Source: Deltaproteobacteria bacterium (lineage in GTDB: Bacteria > Myxococcota_A > Polyangia > Polyangiales > Houyiibacteriaceae). From it: DNA of 57,100 nt. Position 1 is the stretch's first letter. Each line of letters begins with the position of its first letter. The position numbers and the translations under genes are program-made. Shown here in pieces: positions 9,380 through 18,762 of this stretch. The DNA is taken from NCBI GenBank assembly GCA_034670305.1, contig JAXMNT010000048.1:1-57100 (forward strand). The letters are read 5' to 3'. The notes beneath the pieces are model-generated. The model did not search any database, was not told where the DNA came from, and was given only the letters and a program-made list of their open reading frames with translations.

Positions 9380-9451
9380 TCCGCGGGCAAGGGCAAAGGC
9401 AAGGGCAGGGGCAAGGGGCAGGCTGCGAGAACGCCCTACGGGCGTTCCGCA

Positions 9452-10870
9452 TCACCTTCGGCGGCGGCGTCGGCGGCGGCGGGGTTCTTCTTCGACCTGG
9501 GCGGGTTCGATGGCCCAGCTCGGAACCTCTTCGCCGGCGGCTTCTCGGTCGATGGCGAAGAGCGTCGCGGCGTCGGCGAAGAAGTCGCGGCGGACCAGGC
9601 TTCCGACTTTGCCGGAGCGCAGTCGGCGCTGCGAGGTGACCAGCAACCGGATGCGGTCCTTGAGTCGGCGCGGCATCGCGAGTCGCAACGCCAGGTCTTC
9701 GGCGAACGCTTCGAACGCCGAGCTCTGGTCGCGCTGACCTTCGAGTTCTTCTTCGACCGGGCCGAGTAGGAGCGCGGCCAACATCACCGCGTCCGAGGGT
9801 GGGTCGCCCGCCTGGATGCGCCGGTCGACGGCCATCAGCCGTCCCCACGTGCGTTCGGAACCTGGCGCTTCGTCGTCGAGGAAGGAGGTCACCTCCGGCA
9901 GGAGCAGCCCGAGTACGCCGATGTCCCACGCCAGGTAGAGCGACCGATGGGCGCGTCCGCCGCGCATGAGCCGCAGGATCTCTTCCAGAATGCGCGGACG
10001 CGCCGCCCGCTCCAGCTCGCCGCGGAAGTCGACCATCGCGTCGTACACCGGGGGCGCGATGCCGAGGTCGAGCCGGGCGCTGAACTTGATCGCGCGCAGG
10101 ATCCGAATCGGATCTTCGCGGAACCGAACATCGGGATCGCCGATGGTCTGCACCGACCGTTCCCGCAGATCCTTCATGCCGCCGACGTAGTCGATCACCT
10201 CTTTGCGGCGCAGGTCGTAGAACAACCCGTTGATCGTGAAGTCGCGGCGGATCGCGTCTTCGTGCGGAAGTCCGAACACGTTGTCGTTGCGAATCAGAAG
10301 ATCCGCATCGTGGTCCACGCCCGAGTGCACCGGCGCGAGCACGACCGGTTCCGGGGTGTCTTTGCGCGCGCCCGCTGGCCGTTTCGCGTAGGAGCGGTGA
10401 TGCAACTTCTGGCCGGGGTCGCGCCGGAAGGTGGCGACCTCGATGATCTTGCCGCCACCGAAGAGGATGTGGGCCAATCGAAAGCGACGCCCGATCACCC
10501 GGCAGTTCCGGAAGAGCCGGCGGCACTCGGAAGGCCGCGCACTGGTCGCGACATCGAAGTCTTTCGGCCGCTTGCTGAGCAGCAGATCGCGCACACCGCC
10601 ACCGACCAAGTAGGCCGTGTGACCGTAGCGCTCGAGCCGGCGGATCACCTTCTCCGCGTCGGGGTCCACCGCACCGGGCGGGAACTCGACTGGGAAGATC
10701 GCGGGCGCCGGCCCCTCCAGCGTACGCTCTGGGACCTCGTCCTCGACCTCGTCGAGTTCGTCGTCTTCCACCTGCCGGCGGCTTCGTCGGCGTCGGGTTC
10801 GGCGTCCGCCTTCGGTCGAGGAATCCACTTCTCGGTTGGTATAGATGGTTTTGGCGCTCCGCGCCCTCAC
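9452..10870 (-). CDS. pcnB: Poly(A) polymerase I
   Basis: AYLVGGGVRDLL, KDFDVAT, IGRRFRLAH (PAP-specific), RRDFTIN, EDPIRILRA, Arg-rich tail; start uncertain. Confidence 0.9.
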   Translation of the reverse strand: MRARSAKTIYTNREVDSSTEGGRRTRRRRSRRQVEDDELDEVEDEVPERTLEGPAPAIFPVEFPPGAVDPDAEKVIRRLERYGHTAYLVGGGVRDLLLSKRPKDFDVATSARPSECRRLFRNCRVIGRRFRLAHILFGGGKIIEVATFRRDPGQKLHHRSYAKRPAGARKDTPEPVVLAPVHSGVDHDADLLIRNDNVFGLPHEDAIRRDFTINGLFYDLRRKEVIDYVGGMKDLRERSVQTIGDPDVRFREDPIRILRAIKFSARLDLGIAPPVYDAMVDFRGELERAARPRILEEILRLMRGGRAHRSLYLAWDIGVLGLLLPEVTSFLDDEAPGSERTWGRLMAVDRRIQAGDPPSDAVMLAALLLGPVEEELEGQRDQSSAFEAFAEDLALRLAMPRRLKDRIRLLVTSQRRLRSGKVGSLVRRDFFADAATLFAIDREAAGEEVPSWAIEPAQVEEEPRRRRRRRRR

Positions 10871-10985
10871 TCCCTTACCCCTTGCACGCCATCTCTGGCC
10901 GGCCGTTGGGCAGAAGCTAATGATTTCAGGCAGATAGCAACAAACTGCTCGCTCCCATGCCCAGGAACGCGCTACTGATCGGACG

Positions 10986-12056
10986 GTGTCGCTCGAGTCC
11001 ATCGCCGGTCAGGTGCTCATCGCCGGGTTTCCCGCGGGATCAGCCCCGACACCCATCCGAGAAGCGATCGTGCAGGGCGGCCTCGGCGGGATCATCCTCT
11101 TCCGGCGAAACGTCGACGCCGGACCACGGGCCACGCTCGCGTTCTTGGCCGATCTGATCAGCGACGCGGCCGAGCCGATCCTCATCGCGGTGGACCAAGA
11201 AGGCGGCCGGGTGGCGCGGCTGCGTGAAGAGGTGATCTCGCTACCGCCGATGCGTGCCCTCGCGGCCCGCGGCGACGTGGCGTTGACGCGCACCGCGGCG
11301 CGGGTGCTTGGACACCAGCTGCGCGCGATCGGGTTCACGATGAACATGGCCCCGGTACTCGACGTGGACACCAACCCGGCCAATCCGGTCATCGGCGACC
11401 GCGCGTTCGGCACCACCCCCGAAGCGGTCGTCGAACACGCGCTGGCGTTCGCCGCCGGACTCGAAGACGCGGGCGTGGCGTCGTGCGGCAAACACTTTCC
11501 GGGCCACGGCGACACCGACGTCGACAGCCACCTGGCGCTGCCGACCTTGAGTCATGGCCTCGAGCGACTCGACGCGGTGGAGCTCGCGCCGTTTCGTGCC
11601 GCGACGGGGTTGCCAGCGTGGATGAGCGCCCACGTGCTCTACGAAGCGCTCGACCGCGACGTGCCGGCCACGCTGTCTCGCAAGGTGATGCAGCGGGTGG
11701 CGCGCGAACAGCTCGGGTACGAGGGCGTCATCATCAGCGACGACCTCGAGATGAAAGCGGTGGCCGATCACTTCGGCATCGCCCCTTCCGCACCGATGGC
11801 GATCGAAGCGGGGTGCGACATGGTCTTGGTGTGCAGCGATGTGGACGCGTGTTTCGAAGCGCGCGAGGCGCTCGTGCACCGAGCCGAAGAGCGTTCCGAG
11901 TTCCGCGAACGTCTCGAGGAGGCGGCGACGCGTGGGCGCGCGCTGCGGCAGCGGTTCGTGCCCCGCCCCGACCTCGAAGCGCTCGAAGCCCATTTGAACT
12001 CCGATGAGGCGCTTCGGCTCACAGAGGTGCTCGCGACCGAAGTCGGTTCGGCGTGA
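10986..12056 (+). CDS. nagZ: Beta-N-acetylhexosaminidase (GH3)
   Basis: VDQEGGRV, KHFPGHGDTDVDSH, SDDLEM motifs. Confidence 0.92.
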   Translation: MSLESIAGQVLIAGFPAGSAPTPIREAIVQGGLGGIILFRRNVDAGPRATLAFLADLISDAAEPILIAVDQEGGRVARLREEVISLPPMRALAARGDVALTRTAARVLGHQLRAIGFTMNMAPVLDVDTNPANPVIGDRAFGTTPEAVVEHALAFAAGLEDAGVASCGKHFPGHGDTDVDSHLALPTLSHGLERLDAVELAPFRAATGLPAWMSAHVLYEALDRDVPATLSRKVMQRVAREQLGYEGVIISDDLEMKAVADHFGIAPSAPMAIEAGCDMVLVCSDVDACFEAREALVHRAEERSEFRERLEEAATRGRALRQRFVPRPDLEALEAHLNSDEALRLTEVLATEVGSA

Positions 12057-13075
12057 CCCCGCTGACCGACGCACCCGGCGCGTGTAGGGTCGATGGCGAG
12101 TGGCAGTGGGGCCGCTACCGCAACCCGATCCGCGATCCGGACCTCGGCGCGTGGGGGCCGAAGAAGCTTCGCCTGAAAGAATGGCACTACACCTCGGTGG
12201 TGACCGACCGACTGTTTCTTGCCCTTGGGCTCGTGCAGCTCGGCTACGCGGCCAACGCGTTCTTGTACCTGGTGGATCGGCGCAAACCGAACGTGGCCCA
12301 CGAGTACGAGGCGGTCTCGGTCCTTGGACGACACCTGCACTTCGCGCCGAGTTCGGTGGAGGGCCGCACCGAGTGGAGCCGCCGCGGCGCGGAGATCCGA
12401 ATGACGTGGATGGACGCGATCTCCGGGCCTGGGAGCTGGGAGATCGATCTCGACGTGCCCCTCGGCGATCTGCCCCTGCGCGGCACGTTCCGAGTCGTGG
12501 CCGAGGGCGACGCGCTCGCGCTCTTGCACGACGTCGGCCAGTCGCGGCCTGCGTACACCCACAAACAGGTGGGGCTCGAAGCGCGGGGCAGTGTGCGGCT
12601 CGGCGACGAGTCGATCGATCTGGACGGGGGCCTGGGCGCCGTGGACTGGACCCGTTCGTTCGCTGCCCGCGAGACCCGCTGGAAGTGGGCGTGTTTCGCA
12701 GGTCGAAGAGAAGACGGCACCCGGCTCGGCCTGAACTTGTCCGCCCAGGTGTACGACGACGCGCAGGGCGACTCGCGCGAGAACGTCTTCTGGGTCGATG
12801 GGATCGCCACCCCACTGGGGGGAGTTCGATTCGAGGTACCGCGCACCCCGGGCGTCGGGGATTGGCACATCCGCTCGAAGCAGACCGCGGCGTCGGCTTC
12901 CGGTCCCCAGGTGGAGCTGGTGTTTCAACCCCTCGGCGCGCGCGCCCAACACCTCGACCTCAAGCTGCTCCGGAGCGATTTCGTCCAACCCTACGGCGTG
13001 TTCCGGGGTCATGTGGGCGATGTGGTCATCGACGATTTGTTCGGTGTGGTCGAAGACCACCTCTCCGTCTGGTGA
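12053..13075 (+). CDS. DUF2804 family protein
   Basis: LKEWHY, RETRWKWA, ENVFWVDG, SDFVQPYGVFRG, GVVEDH..W; overlaps nagZ stop. Confidence 0.75.
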   Translation: MTPLTDAPGACRVDGEWQWGRYRNPIRDPDLGAWGPKKLRLKEWHYTSVVTDRLFLALGLVQLGYAANAFLYLVDRRKPNVAHEYEAVSVLGRHLHFAPSSVEGRTEWSRRGAEIRMTWMDAISGPGSWEIDLDVPLGDLPLRGTFRVVAEGDALALLHDVGQSRPAYTHKQVGLEARGSVRLGDESIDLDGGLGAVDWTRSFAARETRWKWACFAGRREDGTRLGLNLSAQVYDDAQGDSRENVFWVDGIATPLGGVRFEVPRTPGVGDWHIRSKQTAASASGPQVELVFQPLGARAQHLDLKLLRSDFVQPYGVFRGHVGDVVIDDLFGVVEDHLSVW

Positions 13076-13119
13076 GGTCGCACTTGCTGCGCCGGGTGCG
13101 GCAGGGATAGGCTGGGCCC

Positions 13120-14205
13120 ATGATTCGGGCGATTGGTTTGGCTTGGGTGGGCGTGATCGCCCTCGGTACGTTTTCGTCGCACGTGGCGGCCCAAACGGAA
13201 GCCGAACGGGCGCGCGCCCGAACCGCGTTCCAGTCGGGCGTGGAAGCGTTCGAGAACGACGAGTTCCAGCGAGCGCTCGAGGCCTTCCAGGAGGCGTACC
13301 GGATCGCGCCGCACCCGAGCGTGCGCGTGAACATGGCCAACTGCTACGAGCAGCTCGACAAACCCATCGAGGCGATCGGCCACTACGAGCGCTACCTGAT
13401 CGAGTTCGGTGACGATGCGAGCCCGGAGCAGCGGAGCGAAGTGCGCTCGGCGGTCCGGCGGTTGCGCGGCCGCATCGGCGAAGTGTTCCTGCGGGTCGAA
13501 CCCGACGGCGCGATGGTCACGGTCGACGGACACCACGGACGGCGTGCGCCGATCCTCGACGCAGTCCAGATGGTCGCGGGTCCGCACCGGGTGGAAGTCT
13601 CGCTCGCCGGCCACATCACCATGCGCCGCGACATCCAGGTGACCGGTGGCGAACGGAGCGAGGTCCGCATCTCGCTGCAGACCGGCACCGACCCCGATCC
13701 CGTCGATCCCGTCGATCCCGTCGACCCGGTGGATCCGATCGATCCCGACACGCACGAGGTCGATCCCATCGAGGACCCGATCGACCCCGGGGATCCGGTC
13801 GACCCTGGCGAAGAGGGCCCCGCGTTCTTCAACACCCCCGCGCTGATCGCGATCGGCGCCACCGGCGCGCTGGCCGTCGGGGCGCTGACGAGTGGCATCC
13901 TGGCCCTCTCCGCGAACGGCGACTTCGACGACGCCGTGGTGCGCAGCAACGATCCGAGTCTGAACGCAGTCGAACGGGAACAAGCACGGCAGGACGGTCT
14001 GGACGCCAAGGACAAGGCCAACCGTCGCGCGATCTTCGCCGACATCCTCGGGTTCACCGCCATCGCGGGCGTTGGTGTCGCGGCGTACTTCCTGTTCCTC
14101 TGGCACGGCGACGAAGACGACGACAGCGCCACCGCCACCCAGGTGCGGGTGCTCCCCTCCGCCGGGCCCACGGGCGGCGGTCTCTCGGTCGTCGGCGCGT
14201 TCTGA
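13120..14205 (+). CDS. TPR/PEGA domain protein with DPV repeats
   Basis: Signal peptide, TPR (FQEAYRIAPHP..NMANCYE), PEGA (VEPDGA.V.VDG), (DPV/I)n linker, C-terminal GGGLSVVGAF. Confidence 0.8.
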   Translation: MIRAIGLAWVGVIALGTFSSHVAAQTEAERARARTAFQSGVEAFENDEFQRALEAFQEAYRIAPHPSVRVNMANCYEQLDKPIEAIGHYERYLIEFGDDASPEQRSEVRSAVRRLRGRIGEVFLRVEPDGAMVTVDGHHGRRAPILDAVQMVAGPHRVEVSLAGHITMRRDIQVTGGERSEVRISLQTGTDPDPVDPVDPVDPVDPIDPDTHEVDPIEDPIDPGDPVDPGEEGPAFFNTPALIAIGATGALAVGALTSGILALSANGDFDDAVVRSNDPSLNAVEREQARQDGLDAKDKANRRAIFADILGFTAIAGVGVAAYFLFLWHGDEDDDSATATQVRVLPSAGPTGGGLSVVGAF

Positions 14206-14206
14206 A

Positions 14207-14434
14207 GTGGAGGGTTCGACGGAGGAAGAGGCCGATCTGTCGGCCCCCCTGACCCCGGACGAACTCGAAGACGTTCGCGCCCTTCAGAAGAAGGACCGCT
14301 GGTTCCTGCTCCGGGTCGCGGTGCGGGTGGGCGTCGCGATTTTGCTCGGCGTGTGGGTCGCGCTCGCGCTCTCGGAGACCAACATCGGCGAGATCATCGC
14401 CGGTGGCTTCGAAGGCGTGACCCAGTCCCCGTAG
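14207..14434 (+). CDS. Small single-pass membrane protein
   Basis: GTG directly after upstream stop; one hydrophobic segment. Confidence 0.55.
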   Translation: MEGSTEEEADLSAPLTPDELEDVRALQKKDRWFLLRVAVRVGVAILLGVWVALALSETNIGEIIAGGFEGVTQSP

Positions 14435-14450
14435 CAGCCGCTGCAGTCGC

Positions 14451-14482
14451 TGCCTTGTCCGCGCCCTTGTCCTTGCCCTCGG
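14451..14482 (+). repeat. Degenerate (CCCTTG)n tract
   Basis: TGCCTTGTCCGCGCCCTTGTCCTTGCCCTCGG; ending resembles the 38808-38823 tract. Confidence 0.55.
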
Positions 14483-14631
14483 TGGTCGGACGGCTGTCTG
14501 GATGGAGTCCGTCAGCATGCGGAAGGATTCGTTCGAGCCGAGCGCCCATCGCACGGAACGATTAGCTCGGGCTGCGATGGGCCGATTCGTGTAAGGTCTC
14601 CCCGCCGCTGCGCGGCACACATGGAGGCGCG

Positions 14632-15879
14632 ATGACGACGAAGGTGACCATGCCCCAGCTCGGTGAGAGCGTGGTCGAGGGCACAGTGGGACGATGGTTG
14701 GTCGAAGAGGGCGAGCAGGTCACGAAAGACCAGCCCCTCGTCGAGATCCTGACCGACAAGGCGGACAGCGAAGTCCCCGCCCCAAGTGGCGGGGTCGTCG
14801 TGAAGATCCACGCGGCCGTCGACGACATCCTCTCCGTGGGCGACACCCTCTGCGAGATCGACGAGGCCGCGACCGCGACCGCCGGCAAGGCTTCCGCGAA
14901 GTCCGGAGCGAAGAAGGCCGACGACAAAGAGGGTGGAGACGACGCCGTCGCCAGCCCGTCGGTGCGCAAGCTCGCGCGCGAGCAGGGCGTCGACCTGGCC
15001 AGCGTGCAGGGCACGGGCGAAGGGGGCCGGATCACGGCCGCCGATGTCCGAGGGGCGAAGGCGCCCAAGGGCCAAGCCAAGTCCGACGCGCTCAAGGCGA
15101 GCCCCGTGCCCCGCAAGGCCACGCCGCCGCCCGCCCGCCAGCCCGGCGGCGCGTTCCGGTTGCCGCCCTACAAGGAGGCGCCCGGCGACGAGATCGTGCC
15201 GTTCACGAGACGGCGCCGGATCGTCGCGGACCACATGGTCTACTCGAAGTCGGTCTCGCCCGAAGTCGTGACCCTGGCCGAGTGCGACCTGGCGAAGACG
15301 AGCACGCTGCGCAACGCGCACAAGGGTGCGTACAAGAAGGAGGGCCTCGGCCTGACCTTCTTGGCGTTCACCTGCGCCGCCACTGCGCGCGCACTGCGCG
15401 AGTTCCCCGAGCTCAACGCGCGGGTGCTGGACGACGCCTACGTCAAACTCGGCGCCGTCAACCTCGGCATCGCCGTCGACACCCCGCAGGGGCTGGTCGT
15501 GCCGGTGATCCGAAACGCCGACGAGCTCACGATCCGGGGCCTGGCCCGCGCGATCGGCGACATCGCGACGCGGGCACGGGACGGCGATCTGACCCCGGAC
15601 GATCTCTCCGGAAAGACCTTCACGATCAGCAACCCCGGGCGGCAGGGCAACCTGGTCGGAGGCGCGATCATCTCTCAGCCGAACGTGGGCATCCTCCGGC
15701 TCGGCACCATCAAGAAGCGGCCGGTGGTCATCGAGAAGGACGGCGACGACCTCATCGGGATTCACCCGGTGATGTACATGGCGCTCACGTACGACCACCG
15801 CATCGTCGATGGGGTGAACGCCAACGGGTTCTTGTACCGGATCACCGAGATCCTGGAAGCCGGCGACTTCGAAGTCTAG
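14632..15879 (+). CDS. 2-oxoacid dehydrogenase E2 (dihydrolipoamide acyltransferase)
   Basis: Lipoyl motif TDKA, E3-binding SPSVRKLA...GTGEGGRI, catalytic YDHRIVDG; GGAGG RBS. Confidence 0.93.
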   Translation: MTTKVTMPQLGESVVEGTVGRWLVEEGEQVTKDQPLVEILTDKADSEVPAPSGGVVVKIHAAVDDILSVGDTLCEIDEAATATAGKASAKSGAKKADDKEGGDDAVASPSVRKLAREQGVDLASVQGTGEGGRITAADVRGAKAPKGQAKSDALKASPVPRKATPPPARQPGGAFRLPPYKEAPGDEIVPFTRRRRIVADHMVYSKSVSPEVVTLAECDLAKTSTLRNAHKGAYKKEGLGLTFLAFTCAATARALREFPELNARVLDDAYVKLGAVNLGIAVDTPQGLVVPVIRNADELTIRGLARAIGDIATRARDGDLTPDDLSGKTFTISNPGRQGNLVGGAIISQPNVGILRLGTIKKRPVVIEKDGDDLIGIHPVMYMALTYDHRIVDGVNANGFLYRITEILEAGDFEV

Positions 15880-15965
15880 TTCCGCCAGGTCTCGAACCGA
15901 GCCAGGCGACGCCAGCAAGAAGTGACTGCTTGCCGCCGAACACGGGCGGGGAGTAGCATCGCCGC

Positions 15966-16289
15966 ATGGAAGCGCTCGACCGCGAAGATCGTCTTCGGCT
16001 GATGAAGTTCATCTGCTCCTTTGCCTGGGCGGATCTCGAGATCCAGGACGACGAGCGCGTGTTCATCGGAAAGCTCGTCAAAGAACTCGAACTCGACGAC
16101 GCCGAAAAGGCGCTCGTCGATGGTTGGCTCGAGGTCCCACCGCGGGCCGAAGAGGTCGACCCCGCCGAGATCCCGAAAGCACACCGACAGCTCTTTCTCG
16201 ATACGGTTCGAGCGATCATCGTCTCCGACGGGAAGATCGATCGAGACGAAGCCGAGAGCTTCGCGCTTCTTGAAGCGTTGATGCGCTAG
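15966..16289 (+). CDS. TerB-like protein
   Basis: Two AWADLEI..E / SDGKID.DE motifs. Confidence 0.75.
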   Translation: MEALDREDRLRLMKFICSFAWADLEIQDDERVFIGKLVKELELDDAEKALVDGWLEVPPRAEEVDPAEIPKAHRQLFLDTVRAIIVSDGKIDRDEAESFALLEALMR

Positions 16290-16470
16290 CCACTTCGGCT
16301 GCTGCGATCTGTCGCCGTATTGCGGCGACCGGCTTCTGCGCTGGCCGTGTGTGGGCGACCGCCCATACCGTCGGCCTTCAGCACCGCCTACCCAAACCGT
16401 GCAATGTCGGTTTCCGCCATGTTTTGGCGTACCCCGGCACTGCATCAAACCAACATCCGCGCAATCGGGA

Positions 16471-16486
16471 CGGAACGACGTTTGCT
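16471..16486 (+). promoter_or_regulatory. Putative sigma54 promoter for DUF481-mscS
   Basis: CGGAACGACGTTTGCT: GG-N10-GC with TTGCT. Confidence 0.6.
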
Positions 16487-16536
16487 TTGCACCGGACCGA
16501 AGTGCGGCACCGCCGCCCAACCCCTTCAGGAAAACC

Positions 16537-17436
16537 ATGACCAAGCTTGGATCCCCCGCGCTCCACTTCGCGCTCGCACTCGCCGCCGTTTCGACCCTTC
16601 AGACGCCGAACGCCCAGGCGCAGCAATTGACCGAACGGGTGAACACCGATGTTCCGACCGAAGACACCACCGCATGGGCGCTGAGCGCCGGCGGTGTGTT
16701 CAACAGCGGCAACACGCAGTCGTACGGTCTGAACGTCGGAACGAACGCTGCCCTCGTCCGCGGCCGCCACGGCTTCGCGGGTTCGTGGACGTTCAACATC
16801 GGCGGCGCGAACCTGCCGGACGACATGGTGGACGAGTACATCATGACGGCGCGCAACTCGAACGCGCGGCTTCGGTACGACTTCTACCTCACCAAGAACG
16901 ACGCGCTCTTCGTCGCACTCGCCCATCGCTGGGACACGTTCGCTGGTCTCGACACCCGACTCCAAGGGCAGGTCGGCTACATGCGCAACTTCCTCAACGT
17001 CGAGAAGCACCGCGCGTGGGGTGAAATCGGCTACGACATCACGTACGACAACTTCGATCCGGAGCGCCGCCTCGACCCCGACCAGAGCGAGTTGCCGACC
17101 TGTGTGGGCGCCGACGCCGCGACCGCGCCGGACGAGTGTCTCGCCGACGGGAGCCAGGTGGTGCACGCCGCGCGTCTCTACCTCGGCTACGACAACCAGC
17201 TCAGCGAAGCGGTCCGGTTCCTCACGGGGATCGAGGCCCTGCTGAACCTCCAGCAGGTCGAAGACCTCCGGCTGAACTTCGACGCCGCGCTTCAGACCAC
17301 GATCGCTGGAAGCCTCCAGGTCGAGTTGAAGTTCAAGCTCCTCTACGACAACGTCCCCGCGCTGCGCGCCGATGGAACGTCCTTCGAGAAGGTCGACACC
17401 CTGACGACCTTCAGCCTCATCTACACCTTCATCTGA
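16537..17436 (+). CDS. DUF481 outer-membrane beta-barrel protein
   Basis: AGGA RBS, signal peptide AQA, SGNTQS, DTFAGLD.R, YDNVP, DTLTT..L.Y.F. Confidence 0.8.
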   Translation: MTKLGSPALHFALALAAVSTLQTPNAQAQQLTERVNTDVPTEDTTAWALSAGGVFNSGNTQSYGLNVGTNAALVRGRHGFAGSWTFNIGGANLPDDMVDEYIMTARNSNARLRYDFYLTKNDALFVALAHRWDTFAGLDTRLQGQVGYMRNFLNVEKHRAWGEIGYDITYDNFDPERRLDPDQSELPTCVGADAATAPDECLADGSQVVHAARLYLGYDNQLSEAVRFLTGIEALLNLQQVEDLRLNFDAALQTTIAGSLQVELKFKLLYDNVPALRADGTSFEKVDTLTTFSLIYTFI

Positions 17437-17464
17437 CGCCCATTCGCGCGTCCCGAGCAGTCCC

Positions 17465-18403
17465 ATGAAACCGTTCGTTCTCCGCCTGGTCGCCCTCGCT
17501 GCGACCGCCGTTCCCACCTTTGCACGTGCGCAAGAAGCCGCCGCTCCCGACGACGACGGGTTCAGTCTCAAGACGGTCATCCACACGCTGAACGAACAGG
17601 TCGCGCCCTGGGGTGTGAAGATCGTCGGCGCGCTCTTCGCGCTGTTTGCGGCCTGGGTGATCGCGGGCATGCTGTCGCGCGCGGTCCGCAAGGTCGCGAG
17701 CAAGCGGAACCTCGACACCACCGTGGCCGCGTTCTCCGCGAACGTCGTCCGCTACCTGGTGCTCACGGCGTCGATCGTCGGCATCCTTGGCGTGTTCGGG
17801 ATCGAGACGTCTTCCTTTGCCGCCATCATCGGCGCGGCGGGACTCGCGATCGGGCTCGCGTTCGAAGGCACGCTTGGCAACTTGGCCGCGGGCGTCATGC
17901 TCCTCGTGTTTCGGCCGTTCAAGATCGGCGACACGATCACGGCCGGCGGTGTCACCGGCAAGGTGAACGAGCTCGAGCTCTTCACCACCACGATCACCAC
18001 CCCAGACAATCGCAAGATCATCGTTCCCAACAAGATCATTGGCGGGGACACGATCACGAACTTCGCGGGCTACGAGACGCGGCGCTGCGACGTGAGCGTG
18101 GGCGTCGACTACGACAAGGACTGCGACGACGTGCGCGCGGCCCTCGAGCAATCGCTCGAGCTCGTCGACTCGAAGATCGCCGACCCGGCCCCTCAGGTCT
18201 TCCTGGTCGGACTCGGCGGCTCCTCCGTCGACTGGCAGGTCCGAGTGTGGTGCAAGACCAGCGAGTACTTCGTGGTCCACGAGCAGATCGTGCGCGCCAT
18301 TCACAAGAAGCTCACCGAAAAGGGCATCGGCATCCCGTACCCGCAGATGGATGTGCACCTCGACCCTCAGGTCGTCAGCGCGCTCGCGTCGAAGCGAGCC
18401 TGA
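17465..18403 (+). CDS. mscS: Small-conductance mechanosensitive channel
   Basis: GAAGLAIGLAF.GTLGN.AAG, RPFKIGD, IIVPN, GIGIPYPQMDVH. Confidence 0.9.
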   Translation: MKPFVLRLVALAATAVPTFARAQEAAAPDDDGFSLKTVIHTLNEQVAPWGVKIVGALFALFAAWVIAGMLSRAVRKVASKRNLDTTVAAFSANVVRYLVLTASIVGILGVFGIETSSFAAIIGAAGLAIGLAFEGTLGNLAAGVMLLVFRPFKIGDTITAGGVTGKVNELELFTTTITTPDNRKIIVPNKIIGGDTITNFAGYETRRCDVSVGVDYDKDCDDVRAALEQSLELVDSKIADPAPQVFLVGLGGSSVDWQVRVWCKTSEYFVVHEQIVRAIHKKLTEKGIGIPYPQMDVHLDPQVVSALASKRA

Positions 18404-18501
18404 GCCGGGCAACCCAAGGGTCCGCGCCCGGGGACCCAAGTCGTTCGAGTCGGGGTTCGCCCCTGTTCGCGCCACGTCTGAACAACCCCAAAGGAGATCC
18501 C

Positions 18502-18690
18502 ATGAAAGACATGATCATCGCCCAACTCAAAGAGAAGGTTGGACTGTCCGAAGAGGTGGCCGAGAAGGCCGCGAAGGTGGTACTCGACCTCTTCGAGAAC
18601 AACCAAGACAAGTTCGCCGACCTTGCCAAGGGCAAGCTCGGTGACTCGCTCGGTGGCGCGCTCGGCGGCATGCTGGGCGGCAAGGACTGA
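18502..18690 (+). CDS. Small hypothetical protein (62 aa) with Gly-rich tail
   Basis: AAGGAG RBS, ATG at 18502, helical LKEKVGLSEEVAEKA. Confidence 0.75.
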   Translation: MKDMIIAQLKEKVGLSEEVAEKAAKVVLDLFENNQDKFADLAKGKLGDSLGGALGGMLGGKD

Positions 18691-18762
18691 GACCCCGCCG
18701 CGGCACACGCCGCGGCCCCTGTAGAGACAGTCGGTGATGCCGGCGGGTGGAGTGAGAACGTG

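Larger units (their letters stand above)
8955..9447 (+). mobile_element. Composite non-autonomous element: TIR-like hairpin, (CCCTTG)n, nested hairpins/REP, four-helix-bundle 3' remnant, (CAAGGG)n, hairpin
   Basis: Starts CTAGCAGG at the stop of the upstream gene; ~42-bp imperfect inverted arms 8977-9018 and 9382-9422; lies between convergent genes; right part repeated at both window ends. Confidence 0.8.

Noticed and set aside
13690-13806. 9-nt GATCCCGTC repeats as a DNA element
   Set aside because: In-frame DPV linker of the PEGA protein
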